This document shows, piece by piece, positions 41,092 through 54,286 of a stretch of 64,000 bases of DNA. Origin of the DNA: Eledone cirrhosa (taxonomy: Eukaryota); NCBI GenBank assembly GCA_964016885.1, contig OZ024747.1:20150001-20214000 (forward strand), written 5' to 3'. Made by a program: the position numbers and the translations under genes. The first letter of the stretch is position 1, and each line of letters opens with the position of its first letter. The notes beneath the pieces were generated by a model that worked only from the letters and a program-made list of their open reading frames with translations, was not told the origin of the DNA and searched no databases.

Positions 41092-43014
41092 TAATGTCAG
41101 ACTGGAACCGGCACCACCCCTAGCAATTAACATCAGTAGCTCACCTTACACCACACATCCACACCCATTTATATACTCTAAAGATAATACTGACAGCATT
41201 TTAGTACCACCTACCCTGGGAATACCCCCTTGTACCTCTAATTCTGATATCTCGACCGTGGACTACTTAAACTGCATTGCACAAGTATAAGATTAGTATA
41301 AACCGCGGACAGGGTACTGGTTGCGATAACATAGTCCTGTGCATGGATTGCCACCAAGAGATAGATTGATGATTAGATAGATAATCGTATTGTTATGTGA
41401 ATATATACTGTAAACGATCAGTTCAATGAACTATGCACAGGTGACGCATGAGTTAGGAGCCTCTGTGTTGCCTGGTGACCTGACCGGCATCTCGTGACGA
41501 GAGAACCGGCCACTGGACCACCCTGGTGAATTTACCGGGGATGCAGTCATACTACGACCTGAATCTCGCCGGGAGTCATGTACGATAATAAGACCATTAC
41601 TGATAGTGAGATCCATGTAATTAATTATGTAGTCTGACTCTTCTTATGGATTGGCTAGGTGTGGCACCCCATGTCGGATTGTAGTCTTCATGATATGAAC
41701 TCCCTTAGTACTTGTTACTGGACTCCACTCTAACTTGTGGATGGGATACCTGATATATATGTGGGATGCGAGTTTATGTATTGTTTGGTGGCCAGTCAGG
41801 TGTCCTGGCATGAGAGATTTAATCTCCAGATTGTAATCATCATGATATGAACTCCTTTAGTACCTATTAATAGACTCCACTCTAACTTGTAGATGCGATA
41901 CCTAATTGATTATATATGTGATGGGGGTTGTCTATTGCTTGATGACCAGACTAGTGCCCTTATGTGAGAAATTAGATCTCCGGACCACCCCGAAGCTATT
42001 CAGATTTACCGGAGATTCAGACATGCAATGACCCGAGCCTACCGGGGGGCATATATAATAGTGGGACCATACCAGGTCCTATTGTTATATTATATTACAT
42101 TTGCATGGAGCAGTGATTTGAGAATCTGACTCCTCTTATAGAATGTTCAGATATGACACCCCTTAATGGATGGTAATCACCCTAATATATACACCCTTGT
42201 ACTTCATATTGGACAACTCTCTAACCTATAAATGGGAAACATACTCTAGAAATTAGTTATAACTTCATATGATAGGCACGTATTTGAATCACCATTAATG
42301 TAGTTTAGGATAATAATTTAACTAAGATAACTAGCTAGTTACCTCCCCTTACGCTTTAACTCCCCTTAGTCATTCAGACACTTCCGGAATCTAAACAGCA
42401 TGATCTATTAATTAAGAACCGACTAGATACGGTATATAACTTGATTATATGCCGAACCATCGTGAGTTATACGATAGACACGTGTTCTATATATTGCGTC
42501 TCATGGATTATGTGAGTGGTGAGCGAAGACAGTGGTACGGCTTTGCCTACGATACAATAAGGTTTATAGTATGTTGAAAGTTTCTGATATTTTGGTGTTT
42601 CCCTGCATCCGGGACTGTATATCATACAGATGTATGCGAATAAATGACTTAATAATTCAGCCCACATAATAAGATCGATTGCCTGCTTCAACTGCCTGAC
42701 CCTGCAAATATCATTCTGACGCACTCTAATCATGTATAAATAAGACACGCGTGCATGCTACACGTGAGATTGTTTCATACACAGACTACTCTAAACTTTC
42801 CTCTTGCTTTATCTTCATAGACTGCCAACGCTTCATGTTTATCTTTATTTTCATTTTTGTTTTTATTTTTATTTTTATCCTGTAACCTGTATATGTAAAT
42901 TGCCATGCTATATCATTTGATGAATGTCACCCCACTGTTGATCAATATGCGCATATGTTTTATATGTCTCTTGGGTTGAAAAGGAGGTCAAGTATGTTAT
43001 AGATCAGTAAATAG

Positions 43015-43063
43015 TTGCTCCGAAGAATCCAAACCTCGGTTTGGAGGAAACAATTGTAAGCAA
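43015..43063 (+). ncRNA. Type I hammerhead ribozyme, C4 variant, at the Naiad 3' end
   Basis: ttgct-CCGAAGA-atccaaacctcggtttggag-GAAA-caattg-TA-agcaa. All stems pair and stem III is palindromic. Confidence 0.8.
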
Positions 43064-43097
43064 ATAAATGACTTAAACTGAACTTTGATTATTGTAA

Positions 43098-43176
<79 letters not shown>

Positions 43177-43286
43177 GTATATATATATGTATATATATTG
43201 GAAAATTTGAACAGGAACAAAACAGAGAGGCAGTACAACGAATGTTTATTAATTTCACGCTCTGGAGAGTGATGTGGTGGTGGGAA

Positions 43287-43318
43287 ACGACGTTTCGGGC
43301 ATAAGCCCTTCCTCAGGT
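43287..43318 (-). ncRNA. Minimal hammerhead ribozyme (family E)
   Basis: Minus strand reads ac-CTGAGGA-agggcttatgccc-GAAA-cg-TC-gt. Stem I is only 2 bp and stem III is the palindrome AcgT. Confidence 0.65.
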
Positions 43319-43584
43319 GAGAAGTGTGTGGGAAGAGAGTTCAAATGGTGTGTAGGGGAGTGGTGGAGAGACATATAGCGAAAAGGGGGTGGAAGGAAAC
43401 GGTGCGAATGAAATTAAAAATAAAAATAAAAATAAAGCATGATCAAAATAAAATGAAATGAAATAAAAATAAATATAAAAGCATGATCAAAATAAACTGA
43501 AATTAAAAAGGGGTAAATCAGGTGGTGGAAGGGTGTGGGGTGTGTAGGGGTGGTGGCGGGTGGAGTGGGGAGAGGGAGACGATG

Positions 43585-44035
43585 AATGTATGTATAGTCT
43601 ATTTGGCAATATACCGTATGTTTAATTAAAAACATGTTGAAGACCATACGCTATCGGTTTTTAAGTAGTGGCTATGTCACTTACTTCTTTTCGACGAAAG
43701 AAGGGAGAGAAGCTAACAATCTGTTTGGCGATCATCAGAGGCGCGCACACGCTGCTTCCATCGAAAATTATAGAAGCTGGATTTTTATAGAATTACAGTA
43801 ATAATCAGGAGCTGATTATACAGAGCGATTGCCGGTCCAGCAAAGATTAGGTATTAGGATTGGTGCTCTGAAATTGCGATGTATACATGAATGTATGTAT
43901 AGTATATTTGGCAATATACCGTATGTTTAATTAAAAACATTTTAAAGACCATACCGTTTTAAATTAAACATACGGTATATTGCCAAATATACTATATATA
44001 TACTTTCATGTATACATCGCTATTTCAGAGCACAG
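43585..44035. mobile_element. Repeat family F, direct plus inverted copies
   Basis: 43585-43650 is repeated at 43890-43953. Inverted arms at about 43864-43935 and 43958-44033. A further rearranged copy lies at 17110-17315. Confidence 0.6.
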
Positions 44036-44052
44036 TCTTATTATATATATAT

Positions 44053-44152
<100 letters not shown>

Positions 44153-44224
44153 GTATATATATATATTTATATATATAGATATATATATATAAAAATATAT
44201 ATATATACATATATATATATACAC

Positions 44225-44255
<31 letters not shown>

Positions 44256-44269
44256 CAAATATATATACG

Positions 44270-44359
<90 letters not shown>

Positions 44360-44398
44360 CACACACACACACATAAATATATATATATATATACATAT

Positions 44399-45386
44399 AT
44401 ACAAAGTGTTAAAACGATTATCCTGTGTAAACTTATAAAATTAAGCAACCTAACGGTTTACCAACAGCTTAATAACGGTTAATACAAACCCTAGAAAAGA
44501 TAATTTATAGATAAACAATGCATAAGATAATATACCTAGAATAACAACATGGCCAGTAATTCGTCGGAATTAACATTTAACAAACAAACACCTATTGACT
44601 ATAAACGACTAAAAATAATGCCATGGTTAATAGCTGTGAGTAACAAACAACATATACACATAGATACGAACTACAACACAAACACACTTCAATGAAAATC
44701 ACATATCCAACTCTATCACGTGCTTTGCATTACACCTTACATAACAAATACCTACATTATCACCACATGCCTCTCCAACAAATTGCACACTATCTTAAAT
44801 GTTTATAACAATTATAACATGCTTTAACACCCCACACAAAATAAGTTTATTTCAAGTGCATTATAACTCTTTCCTCATACATGCCTTATTGACTGTATTG
44901 ACTCCTGCCTTGTACCTCCAATTTTCCTTGCTTATAACGTTTTTGCCTGTGTTTTTTTTTGCTTGTGATTTTTTTGCTTGTGATTTTTACTTATACCTAT
45001 TACACTTCCAACCAGTGGTGCATGTAATTGTGTTCTTTCAAGCAGAACATCTTTTTAACTCCTGACTCTCCACATGATGCCTATGACACTAACAACAATT
45101 ATGTATCCTAAATGTTCTAAATGACTAGCATTTTAGTAACATGTTTCGACATTCCTTGTGCTCCGATGATTCCCGACTTCCCTCTGGAAGAAACAATTGT
45201 CAGCAAATAAATGTTGTAAACTAAAATTTGATCGTTTTAACACTTTGTATCTCGGCTCTGTTAAACACTTGAAAACTTGCATTGAGCCTTTTGTCATACC
45301 TGTAACCGGCTAGTACTTAGTACTTCCCTACATATTTATAGTTATATCAAACATATATAAATATAAATATTCTTATTACTAATTAC
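44399..45386 (+). mobile_element. PLE 3' non-coding end (family G) with 20-bp inverted start
   Basis: 44399-44418 is the reverse complement of 45231-45250. HHR at 45159, tail 45251-45386. Confidence 0.75.
45159..45205 (+). ncRNA. Type I hammerhead ribozyme, C4 variant (family G)
   Basis: tgct-CCGATGA-ttcccgacttccctctggaa-GAAA-caattg-TC-agca. The copy at 48300 shows the perfect stem II ttccaga/tctggaa. Confidence 0.75.
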
Positions 45387-45601
45387 TATATACATATATA
45401 TATATATATATCGACTGAAACTCGACATCGAAACCAACTTCTGTCGGACAGCATATCAACTGAAATGGCTAACCGCCATCCAAAACAACACCGAGATCGA
45501 TTACAACCCCACAACCCACCCCACACTCCCCACGTATCACCTCGACAACCCACTCCACCCCCCCACCCACCAACCACGAACTTGACACTAAACTACTCAG
45601 G

Positions 45602-47380
45602 TTGAAACATTCTATCTCTAACATCCTTTCCCAACACACACACACACACAATAAACGCAACCTCACCAATGCACAATTTAATACTCTCACCAACCTAAGA
45701 TCCAGGAACCTTGTGTACCTTCCCTCTGACAAGGGGAAAGAATTCTGTGTCATCTCGAGAGAGACCTACAACAACTTAGCTATCCAACATCTTAATGACC
45801 ACAGCCTCTACTCGAAAGTCACAGGGACCTCCTCGACTCTAATCGAGGAAGGCATTAACACCATATGGACTAACATCTGTGTCCAACGAAAACTGCCAAA
45901 GAAGGTAAAAAACAACATAATGACTCGAAACAGCAAACTACCCAACTTCTACCACCTGGTTAAAACACATAAACAAGGACCCGATTTGAAAATCAGGCCC
46001 ATTGTCTCTAGCGTGGAGGGCCCACTCTACAAAATATCGTGGCTGCTCTCCACACTACTGAAACCCATTCTACACACACTACCAGCCCACGTCTGCAGCT
46101 CAAAGGAGGTCTTGGAGCGACTACACCATCTGGCGCCCAACACCAGAAAGGACAACGGTTATGCCTTCAGTCTTGATGTGGTCGCCCTTTATACCTCCGT
46201 ACCAGCATCCCCAGCTGTCGACCTGTTGACCGAACGAGTCCGAGCATCTAACTTACACTGCTTCGGACTCACACACACGGACATCCACCAACCCCTCTCC
46301 TTCGTTGTGGATAATGCACTCTTCAATTTCCTCGGCCACACGTACAAACAAATCACTGGGCTACCTATGGGCTCTAGTCTGTCCGGCATACTTGCGATCT
46401 CGTACATGGACCACCTGGAACGCAAAGCACTCAATACCTGCCAACCCAACGCCGTCGCCTTCTACTCCAGATACGTTGATGACATTCTTCCCGGGAGATG
46501 GCGAATGAAATTCACCAAATCTTCAACGATACTGACCTTCACGTCGATTTCACCATCGAACACCCAGGAGAAGACGGGTCACTCGCCCTCCTCGACTTCC
46601 GTATCAACATCTCGGAGGAAGGAGACATAAACACCACCTTCTACCGCAAAGCAGCGTGCAAGGACTTATTTGTGCATTACAACTCAGCCCTCCCCAACAA
46701 CGCTAAGAGAGGCTATGTCCTAAATGAACTGACACGGATCACTAACAGATGCAGCGACCCGATGGGTGGTCTCACCCATACCACGCAATTCCGTAATCTA
46801 CTCAGATCTAATGGTTATCCCAAGCGACTGATTAACGGAATTAGAGACCCCCAGACCCAATAGACAGACATCCACTAGAAACTTAAATAAAAGCAGGTGC
46901 TTCTTTAAAATCCCCCACCTGAGTGAATATACCACGAACGCCATCCGCAAGGCCATGCGGACGGAGGGACTTGACATACATTTGGCCCACACAGGACCTT
47001 CGCTGCGAAGATGCCTCTCCAACAAACCCGACGAGTCAGATGGGACGTGTTCCCTCAGCAACTGCCCGATACGGGGGGCAGATTGCCTACGCACCTATGT
47101 CGTATATAAGATTCAATGCGATAAATGTAACAAGTTTTACATAGGTAGCACCATCCGACCCCTACATGTTCGTATCAAGGAACATATCAACACCAACGCA
47201 TCTTCCTTCCGTAAACACATCCTTAAATGCGGAAACCCACAGGGTAGACCCTTGGTCACAGTCCTAGCGACTGAACGCAGCATCGGATCCTTAAGGATAA
47301 AGGAAGCACTTGTTATTAAGAACCTCAGACCCCCACTTAACAACCGGGCTGAGAGAAATGAGCTGACATGGCTAACTTAA
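45602..47380 (+). pseudogene. PLE RT + GIY-YIG, frameshifted
   Basis: PSDKG, FYHLVKTHK, IRPIVS, SLDVVALYTSVP, GLPMGSSLS, RYVDD, then a frameshift near 46495, FTIEH, FYRK, a stop at 46861, and VVYKIQCDKCNKFYIGST.R.LHVRIKEH...LNNR. Confidence 0.9.
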
Positions 47381-47989
47381 CCATAGTGACCATTCACAGC
47401 CCTTACGGCCTGCTATTTTCACACACACGCACGTATATGCATACCCATACGCATACACACACACACATCTATATTTATACACGCACACATGTTTTTACAA
47501 CCTACCACCTTTCACACCCTTTGATTTCCAGCTTCTACAGCCCACTATCTTTCACACACACACACGCACTCACACATATACACACACAGTTACACACACA
47601 TGTATACCCATACGCTTACACACACACATCTATATTTATACACGCACACATGTTTTACAACCTACCACCTTTCACACCCTTTGATTTCCAGCTTCTACAG
47701 CCCACTATCTTTCACACACACACACACTCACACATATACACACTTACACATATACACACACAGTTACACACACATATATATTTACACACACATATTTTAC
47801 GGCTTTCACACGCTAGCGCACCCTCTTGATTTAACCCATTTGGTCAGTAGCTTTTGCCACAGCCTATCACGCGCACGCGCATTCTTTCCCTCGTTTAAAT
47901 TTTAAATAATTTTCTCCCCATAACGGCATTCCTGTGTTAACGACATCACAACTTTCTCCGCTTAGCCTGTTCCCCCCCTTTTGGAACTT

Positions 47990-48025
47990 TCCCCCGTTGA
48001 TGGGCGTGAGCCCGAAATATTGGGA
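47990..48025 (+). ncRNA. Degenerate minimal hammerhead in the PLE terminal repeat
   Basis: tccc-CCGTTGA-tgggcgtgagccc-GAAA-ta-TT-ggga, two core deviations from CTGATGA. Confidence 0.45.
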
Positions 48026-48172
48026 TTAAATCTCCACTACGGTAACCCTTCTACCTTTGTTTTGTTTTCATCTTTGTCTCTCTCAATTTTCACTTTATCC
48101 TATTTCTCCTATCTATCATTCACTTCCTACCTCGAGAGTTCCCTCTGCATTGTTGTGGCTTTCTAAACTACG

Positions 48173-48256
<84 letters not shown>

Positions 48257-48299
48257 ATATATATACATATATATATGTATACATACATATACATATATA

Positions 48300-48519
48300 T
48301 GATTCCAGACTTCCCTCTGGAAGAAACAATTGTCAGCAAATAAATGTTGTAAACTAAAATTTGATCGTTTTAACACTTTGTATCTCGGCTCTGTAAAACA
48401 CTTGAAAACTTGCATTGAGCCTTTTGTCATACCTGTAACCGGCTAGTACTTAGTACTACCCTACATATTTATAGTTATATCAAACATATATAAATATAAA
48501 TATTCTTATTACTAATTAC
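48300..48519 (+). repeat. Direct copy of family G 3' end (45167-45386)
   Basis: About 220 bp with only a few differences. Confidence 0.9.
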
Positions 48520-48522
48520 TAT

Positions 48523-48569
<47 letters not shown>

Positions 48570-48572
<3 letters not shown>

Positions 48573-48815
48573 CTCCTAATAGGTGTTGACACTATTATCA
48601 GAGATAGACATTTATTTAATTCAGATGATCACAATACTCTAGTCTCCCTCAAAATAGGGTCCTCCAACTTCAATGCACTTCTGGAAGACCCCCTTGTAGT
48701 CCTCCAAGGGGAAGGTGTCCAAGGCGCTTGCCACACTCTCCTTCATTTCTTCCGTATCATCAAAGTGAATGCTCATGTGTTTCTCTTTCAGCTTCGGGAA
48801 CATCCAGAATGTAAC
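48570..48815 (-). mobile_element. Mariner transposase C-terminal remnant
   Basis: FWMFPKLK....HFDD.EEMK......L......Y...FQKCIEVGGPYFEGD resembles mariner C-termini. Confidence 0.7.
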
Positions 48816-48969
48816 TTTCTTCATCATTCCTATTTTAATAACAGTTTTAACGTCCAATCCTTCGTCTATTCTTTGCAAGTAAGAAGGTCTATGGTGCGAT
48901 AGAAGCGTTGTATTCCCGCTTATGGGTGATGTATAGGGTTCAGTGCTATCATTAGGGTGGTAGATTAGC

Positions 48970-49240
48970 AGTGGAGAGCACGTGGCCTACTGGTAAGGGT
49001 GTTGGACGTACGATCATAAAGTCGTGGGTTCGATTCCTGGGTTGTGTGTTTTGTTCTTGAACAAAACACCTCATTTTACGTTGCTCCAGTATACGCAGCT
49101 GAAAACGAGTACCAGAATAAGCTGGGGATTTAACCATGCGATTGACTGGCGTCCTGTCAAGGAGGGAGTCTTTTACTATGAAACCAGGTTAAGCACCGGC
49201 TAAATGAGCCTCTTGGCTTAAGACAAACCTTAGACTTTTT
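48970..49240 (+). mobile_element. tRNA-derived SINE (family S2)
   Basis: A box tggcctactgg, B box ggttcgattcc, then cttgaacaaaacac...ctccagt...gaaaccagg..aagcaccggc. Minus-strand fragments at 12975-13015 and 50170-50310. Confidence 0.75.
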
Positions 49241-49450
49241 AGATTAGCAGTATAGTTAACGCTTCTGACGATATGTTTTGCAGCATAATATTACGGCCCT
49301 TTCTAACTTCAAATCCCGTCGAAGTTAGATTTGCCTTTCAATCTTACGCAGTAGATAAAATAAAGTACCAATAATAACGCAATGGGGTTCGATTTAATCA
49401 ACTTTCCATCCCCTTCAAATTACTGGCCTTGTGCCAAATGTAGAACAATT
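49240..49450 (+). mobile_element. SINE S1-related copy
   Basis: ttcaaatcccgtcgaagttagatttgcctttcaatcttacg...aaagtacca...ctggccttgtgccaaatgtagaa. Confidence 0.75.
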
Positions 49451-52235
49451 AGCATTATACATATCGACAAAATGAACATGATTATATTGTTGTTGTCGAT
49501 GATGATTATAGTACTTTAAATTGGATAACAAACCATACGAATTGCTTTAATAAAATTTCATCTTATTTCGAAGTTTAAGCCTACTGTAGAATTATCTTAT
49601 TTGTAGGAAACATTATTCTGAATATCTAGATAGCGGAACATCATTTCGTGTTAAACGGTCAGATGGAAAGTCAAGAAACGCGGAAAATATATGCTAATAT
49701 AGATGTCCGAGATGATCAAATTTGATAATGCAAATCTATTTATAATAATTGTATCTGACAAAATAGAGTCAGTTGTAGAGCTCTATCTGAAACCTGTAGT
49801 TAGGAAGATAACAAAATACTGACAGCATATGTCTGACTATAGTGACGGATTTCTAACCGTGCCGACTCATCATTCTGTTTATATTTATAACCAAATTATC
49901 TTGTTCGTTTTTCCGCTGTGAGGCATTTCACGGTTGTTTCTTACTAATACAATGACTAAAAGTAAACTCCTTCGGTTTTGGGGTGTTCTACTTAATCTGA
50001 CATATTCGGGAAAATATCGCTATTCCTGATATTCCTGATACACTACATAAAAATTGTCACTCATCGAAATACGGTAAGTCATATGTTGTTCATATGTTGT
50101 GGTGACATTCATCTATTTCAGAACAGATATATGTTATTATCCACTCGACTATTATGTGTCTTATGCATCTGCTGAGCTGAATCAATACATAGTGAGTGAA
50201 GGAGGAATCAGACTGTACGTTGCTTAAGGACACAACACGCAGCCAGGTCCAGAGATTGAACTCACAGCCTTACAATAGTGCACCGAACACCTTAACTACC
50301 AAGCAACTTATCTAATGTCAGCCTTGATATTGTGGGCTATTATAATCCTTCCTAATCATTTTACTATCCCTTCCAGGCGTAGTGTATCTATGTTTATAGC
50401 TTGTTTATAGCAAGTCTGATGGCAATGGATTGGCAGAGTTGTAAGAGCGTAAGACAAATATCTAGCGCAGTTCCATGTAGCTGTTTGTGTTCTGAGATAA
50501 ATGTGCCGTGGTAAATTTTGCTTTACCTTCTAAAAGTCGATGTAATCTAATTTCTCTCTTTAATCGATGGGCTTATGGCAAAATTAGAACCCATTGTTTA
50601 TAGTAGATCAAGCGACCACATATAGCCATCTCGTTCATTTGAGTATCTGCTTTCAGCTACATTTGTAGTTTGTTTCGCATTTAATATATGTTATGTGTAG
50701 GCGTGGACACCGACATTTGAACAGAGGGTGGAAAAGAAAGGTTTAGCGATGATAGTGGCAGAGTCATTAGAACGCCCGAGAGACTGCTTTGTGGAAATCG
50801 TTCCGGCTCTCTGCGTTCTGAGTTCCAATCCTATCGTGGTCAACTGTGCTTTTCATCCTTTCGAAGTACAAGGTTAATGGGTATTTTAAATTTCTTTCTC
50901 ACTTACTCTTTCTTCCGTTTTCTGCGCGAAGAATTAAAATGGCCAAGGCATTAAAACCATTCACTTATACATTTGATAGGTATGATAAAGGTTCAAATAG
51001 GTCACTGGAACTCATAATAAAAGTACATTTATTAACATAATAACGCATGCGTACTATGCCACCATATTTCACATATAATTTACTGGCAGCCTGCTGGTAC
51101 ATATAAATCACAAGGTAGTCAACTTTTCTTATCACAAAAGGTCTTTTATATATTTCTCATAAAATGTATAAAATGTATGACTACAATTCCGTGTTTCAAA
51201 GTATTTTATAGATTTGAAACTATAAAACACAAAAGAAAAGAAAGATGATATCCCATACGTTCATATGACTATAAAGAATTGTCATGAGATGAAAAGAAAT
51301 ATCAAATATGGGCAATATTTAACATGTACTGAAGTAAGGAAATTATAGGTTATTGAAGAAAATGTCCATTATTGATAAACCCGACGTTCTACACAAAGAC
51401 ACAGTGATCTTACATATAGCCACTTTGACGTGTGTACGTTTGAAATCTAACATTGAAATAACAAGCAATTTTAGGTGAAGAATTATTATAGAATTTACCT
51501 CATCGTGACATTCAATGAGGTGTTTAAAGCTGGTGAAATGTATTTAAGGTGTCGTCTTCACTTTCTAACATTCAACTACCAATTTATTCACAAAAGAATA
51601 CATAATAGATTAAAACTGGAGCTATGTATCTAATGTCTTAATAGTTTCCGTAAAGCAAATCATCTAGTGACCTTACTTTCGAAGTTATTTATCAGTGGCG
51701 ACTCATTCTAGTGGAATTTTGTGATAAGGATGTCACTACTCCGCATGCCAGTAAGGTTTTTACTCTATATATGTCATGCAAATCTCCTCTCAAAATTCAG
51801 TGACTCTTTGCATTAAACGTCATGTCTAATACCGGTTGTTTCCTATTAGATCGCAATATCATGTCAAAATATAAAGATTCCGCAGATGTTTGTATTAGAT
51901 GTTTCCTAGAGAAACATACCATATTGAAATTGACTATATTATCATATCCAGTAGTGTTAAATGAACAGATTAATTCTCTCCGTAGCTGCAAATTATCGTA
52001 TTCTCAATTCGACACGAGCAGTAATTGTACATCTTTATTTACCTCAACATTTGAGGCTGGCGCTGTTGTTATAACAATTATCAATATGATGTAAATTCAC
52101 ACACACACACATACGCAGAGGAGAGAGAGACAAACACACACATACAAACATATCAATTTGATTATCAGCCTGTAATATGTATATGTATATAAGTACGTAT
52201 TTGTGACTCTCAAGCATTTCACATACGTATGTATG

Positions 52236-52317
<82 letters not shown>

Positions 52318-53422
52318 TGTGTATGTATGTGCATGTGTGTGAGTGTGTGTGTTTCTGTGAGTACGTGTGCGTGAGTGTATTTATATAAAATAACACATCA
52401 TTCGCATTACATCCTTGAAGCTATGTTGTTTTCGCTCTGTGACTGTAAAGTTGTGTAGTGTAGAATAGTGCTTCAAATCCTAGCAATATTTTGAAGTCTT
52501 CTAGCCTCATGTAGATGCTGGTGATTTATGCCTCGTGGCTGCAAATCTTGGCACAATTCAACAATTCCAATATCTAATATTTCAAACTACTTGTACATAG
52601 ATATTGAGTTGGATATTATTACTATATCATGATGGTATATGTGGTAGAATCGATAGGGCATCAGATAAAATAGCATGCGCTATTACGTGACAACATTGTA
52701 TATTCTATGTTCAACACCAAGCAACATATACTTCCCTTTTTCCGAATTTGAGAATATTAATTCCAGGTCAAGTATTGGCCTCTCTAATAAGCAATTATGT
52801 CAATCTCTCACCCTCAAGGTGGTGGGTCTGCTTTAGGAATTAATATTATTTTTAAAGGGTGGAGAGTTAGCAAATTAGGAGCTAGTTTAAATTGATTTAA
52901 TTTGCTAAGTCATATTTCTGTATTCTAATTGTTCTTATCCTGTCTCGGTGTAGAAATTGCTTTATAAATTTCATAATCTTCCCAATGCACTGTAAATACC
53001 ACTCAAGGCTTTATGGTAAATATATTCAAGAACTAGTGAACTAATGTCATCAAAATTGAGAGAAATAATGTTGAACGTAATTAAATTTGATGGTCTAATA
53101 TTGGTAGGCCATATATACAAACTGGGAAATTTGCGCCCTGATACGTTTGTAAATAACATAGCAAAAATCCTATAGTTTATTTTGATTATTTTCACATGGA
53201 AGGGATTAAAGATATACATATTCTGGTGATTTATTACACAAAGTTTCATTATATATGTACAGATGTCATAACTGAATTAGTAACTTTGGAGAAGTAAATA
53301 TTTACAGCGAACTTCTTATTTTAGCTACGTGATTGTGGCAGGAAATACACTGTGTATGTTTATGACTGTAAATGTTAAAGAGATACAAATGCGAGTGGCG
53401 TATTATTATTGTTAATTATTTA

Positions 53423-53628
53423 AAATCCCGCCGAGGTTAACTTTGCCTTTCATCCTTACGGGGTCAATAAAATAAAGTACCAGTAGAAACAATTATTAAG
53501 TATTAACTCCCTTTACGGTCCGAGTTGAAATCCCGTCGAGGTTAACTTTGCCTTTCATCCTTCCGGGGTCGATAAAATAAAGTACCAGTAATGTATTGGT
53601 ATTTGCTGGCCTGTAGAAACAATTATTA
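53423..53628 (+). mobile_element. Two tandem truncated S1 SINEs
   Basis: Two S1 core segments, both ending gtagaaacaattattaagta. Confidence 0.8.
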
Positions 53629-53632
53629 AGTA

Positions 53633-53665
53633 CTAGCATTAAAGCCCGGCGTTGCTCGGGGTCAT
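53633..53665 (-). mobile_element. Helitron 3' terminus (same family as 25039)
   Basis: actagcattaaagcccggcgttgctcggggtc is almost identical to 25038-25069. Other end not located. Confidence 0.65.
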
Positions 53666-53920
53666 TAAGTTACCAAAGTTAGGTTGCACCACCCATTTTA
53701 TGGCAGCACTTTTTTGTCTGCCAGGCACTGGGTGAATGAATTGCAGACCTGGAAGCAGGACCTGCGCCAGCAGTGACAATTGTAGTTTCGCCTATGGATA
53801 TTATCTCTGTGCCAAAAAGTGTTGAAATTTATTGTTTCACAGTACTTGCGCAATACGCCCGTAGACGATGCCAGCCGAACAACAGAGCTGCGATGGAGTT
53901 GTTCTGCATGGTTGTCTGTG

Positions 53921-54286
53921 TGTTTTCTAAATTTAAGACAGTAGGGAGGGTTGTGATATGAGGGAGAGTTAGCTGTTGTTTCTAGCAGGTTTAGTGACCT
54001 CATAGAAGATATGTTTTCTAAATTTAAGACAGTAGGGATGGGTGTGATATGGGGGAGAGTTAGCTGCTGTTTCTAGCAGGTTTAGAAACCTCATAGAGGA
54101 TATGTGTTTTCTAAATTTAAGACAGTAGGGTGTGGTGTGATATGGGGGAGGGTTAGCTGCTGTTTCTAGCAAGTTTAGTGACCTCATAGAAGATATGTTT
54201 TCTAAATTTAAGACAGTAGGGAGGGGTGTGATATGGGGGAGAGTTAGCTGCTGTTTCTAGCAGGTTTAGTGACCTCATAGAGGATA
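53921..54286. repeat. Minisatellite, 4 x about 91 bp
   Basis: Unit tgttttctaaatttaagacagtaggg...gacctcatagaagata starts at 53921, 54012, 54105 and 54196. Confidence 0.95.

Larger units (their letters stand above)
39114..43090 (+). mobile_element. 5'-truncated Naiad-type Penelope-like element
   Basis: RT plus C-terminal GIY-YIG ORF, about 2 kb 3' non-coding region ending in an HHR, flanked by (TA)n and (CT)n(TA)n. Confidence 0.9.
45411..48178 (+). mobile_element. Penelope-like element (Poseidon/Nematis-like), 5'-truncated
   Basis: RT plus GIY-YIG remnant, CA-rich 3' region with an about 160-bp tandem duplication, (TA)n flanks. Confidence 0.9.

Noticed and set aside
43640-43742. HHR in family F (CTGATGA on the minus strand)
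   Set aside because: I could not build consistent stems I-III by hand.
45167-48519. LTR retrotransposon
   Set aside because: No gag, protease, integrase, PBS or TG..CA ends. The interior is a PLE RT with GIY-YIG.
53921-54286. CRISPR-like array
   Set aside because: Whole units repeat with no unique spacers, and the context is eukaryotic.
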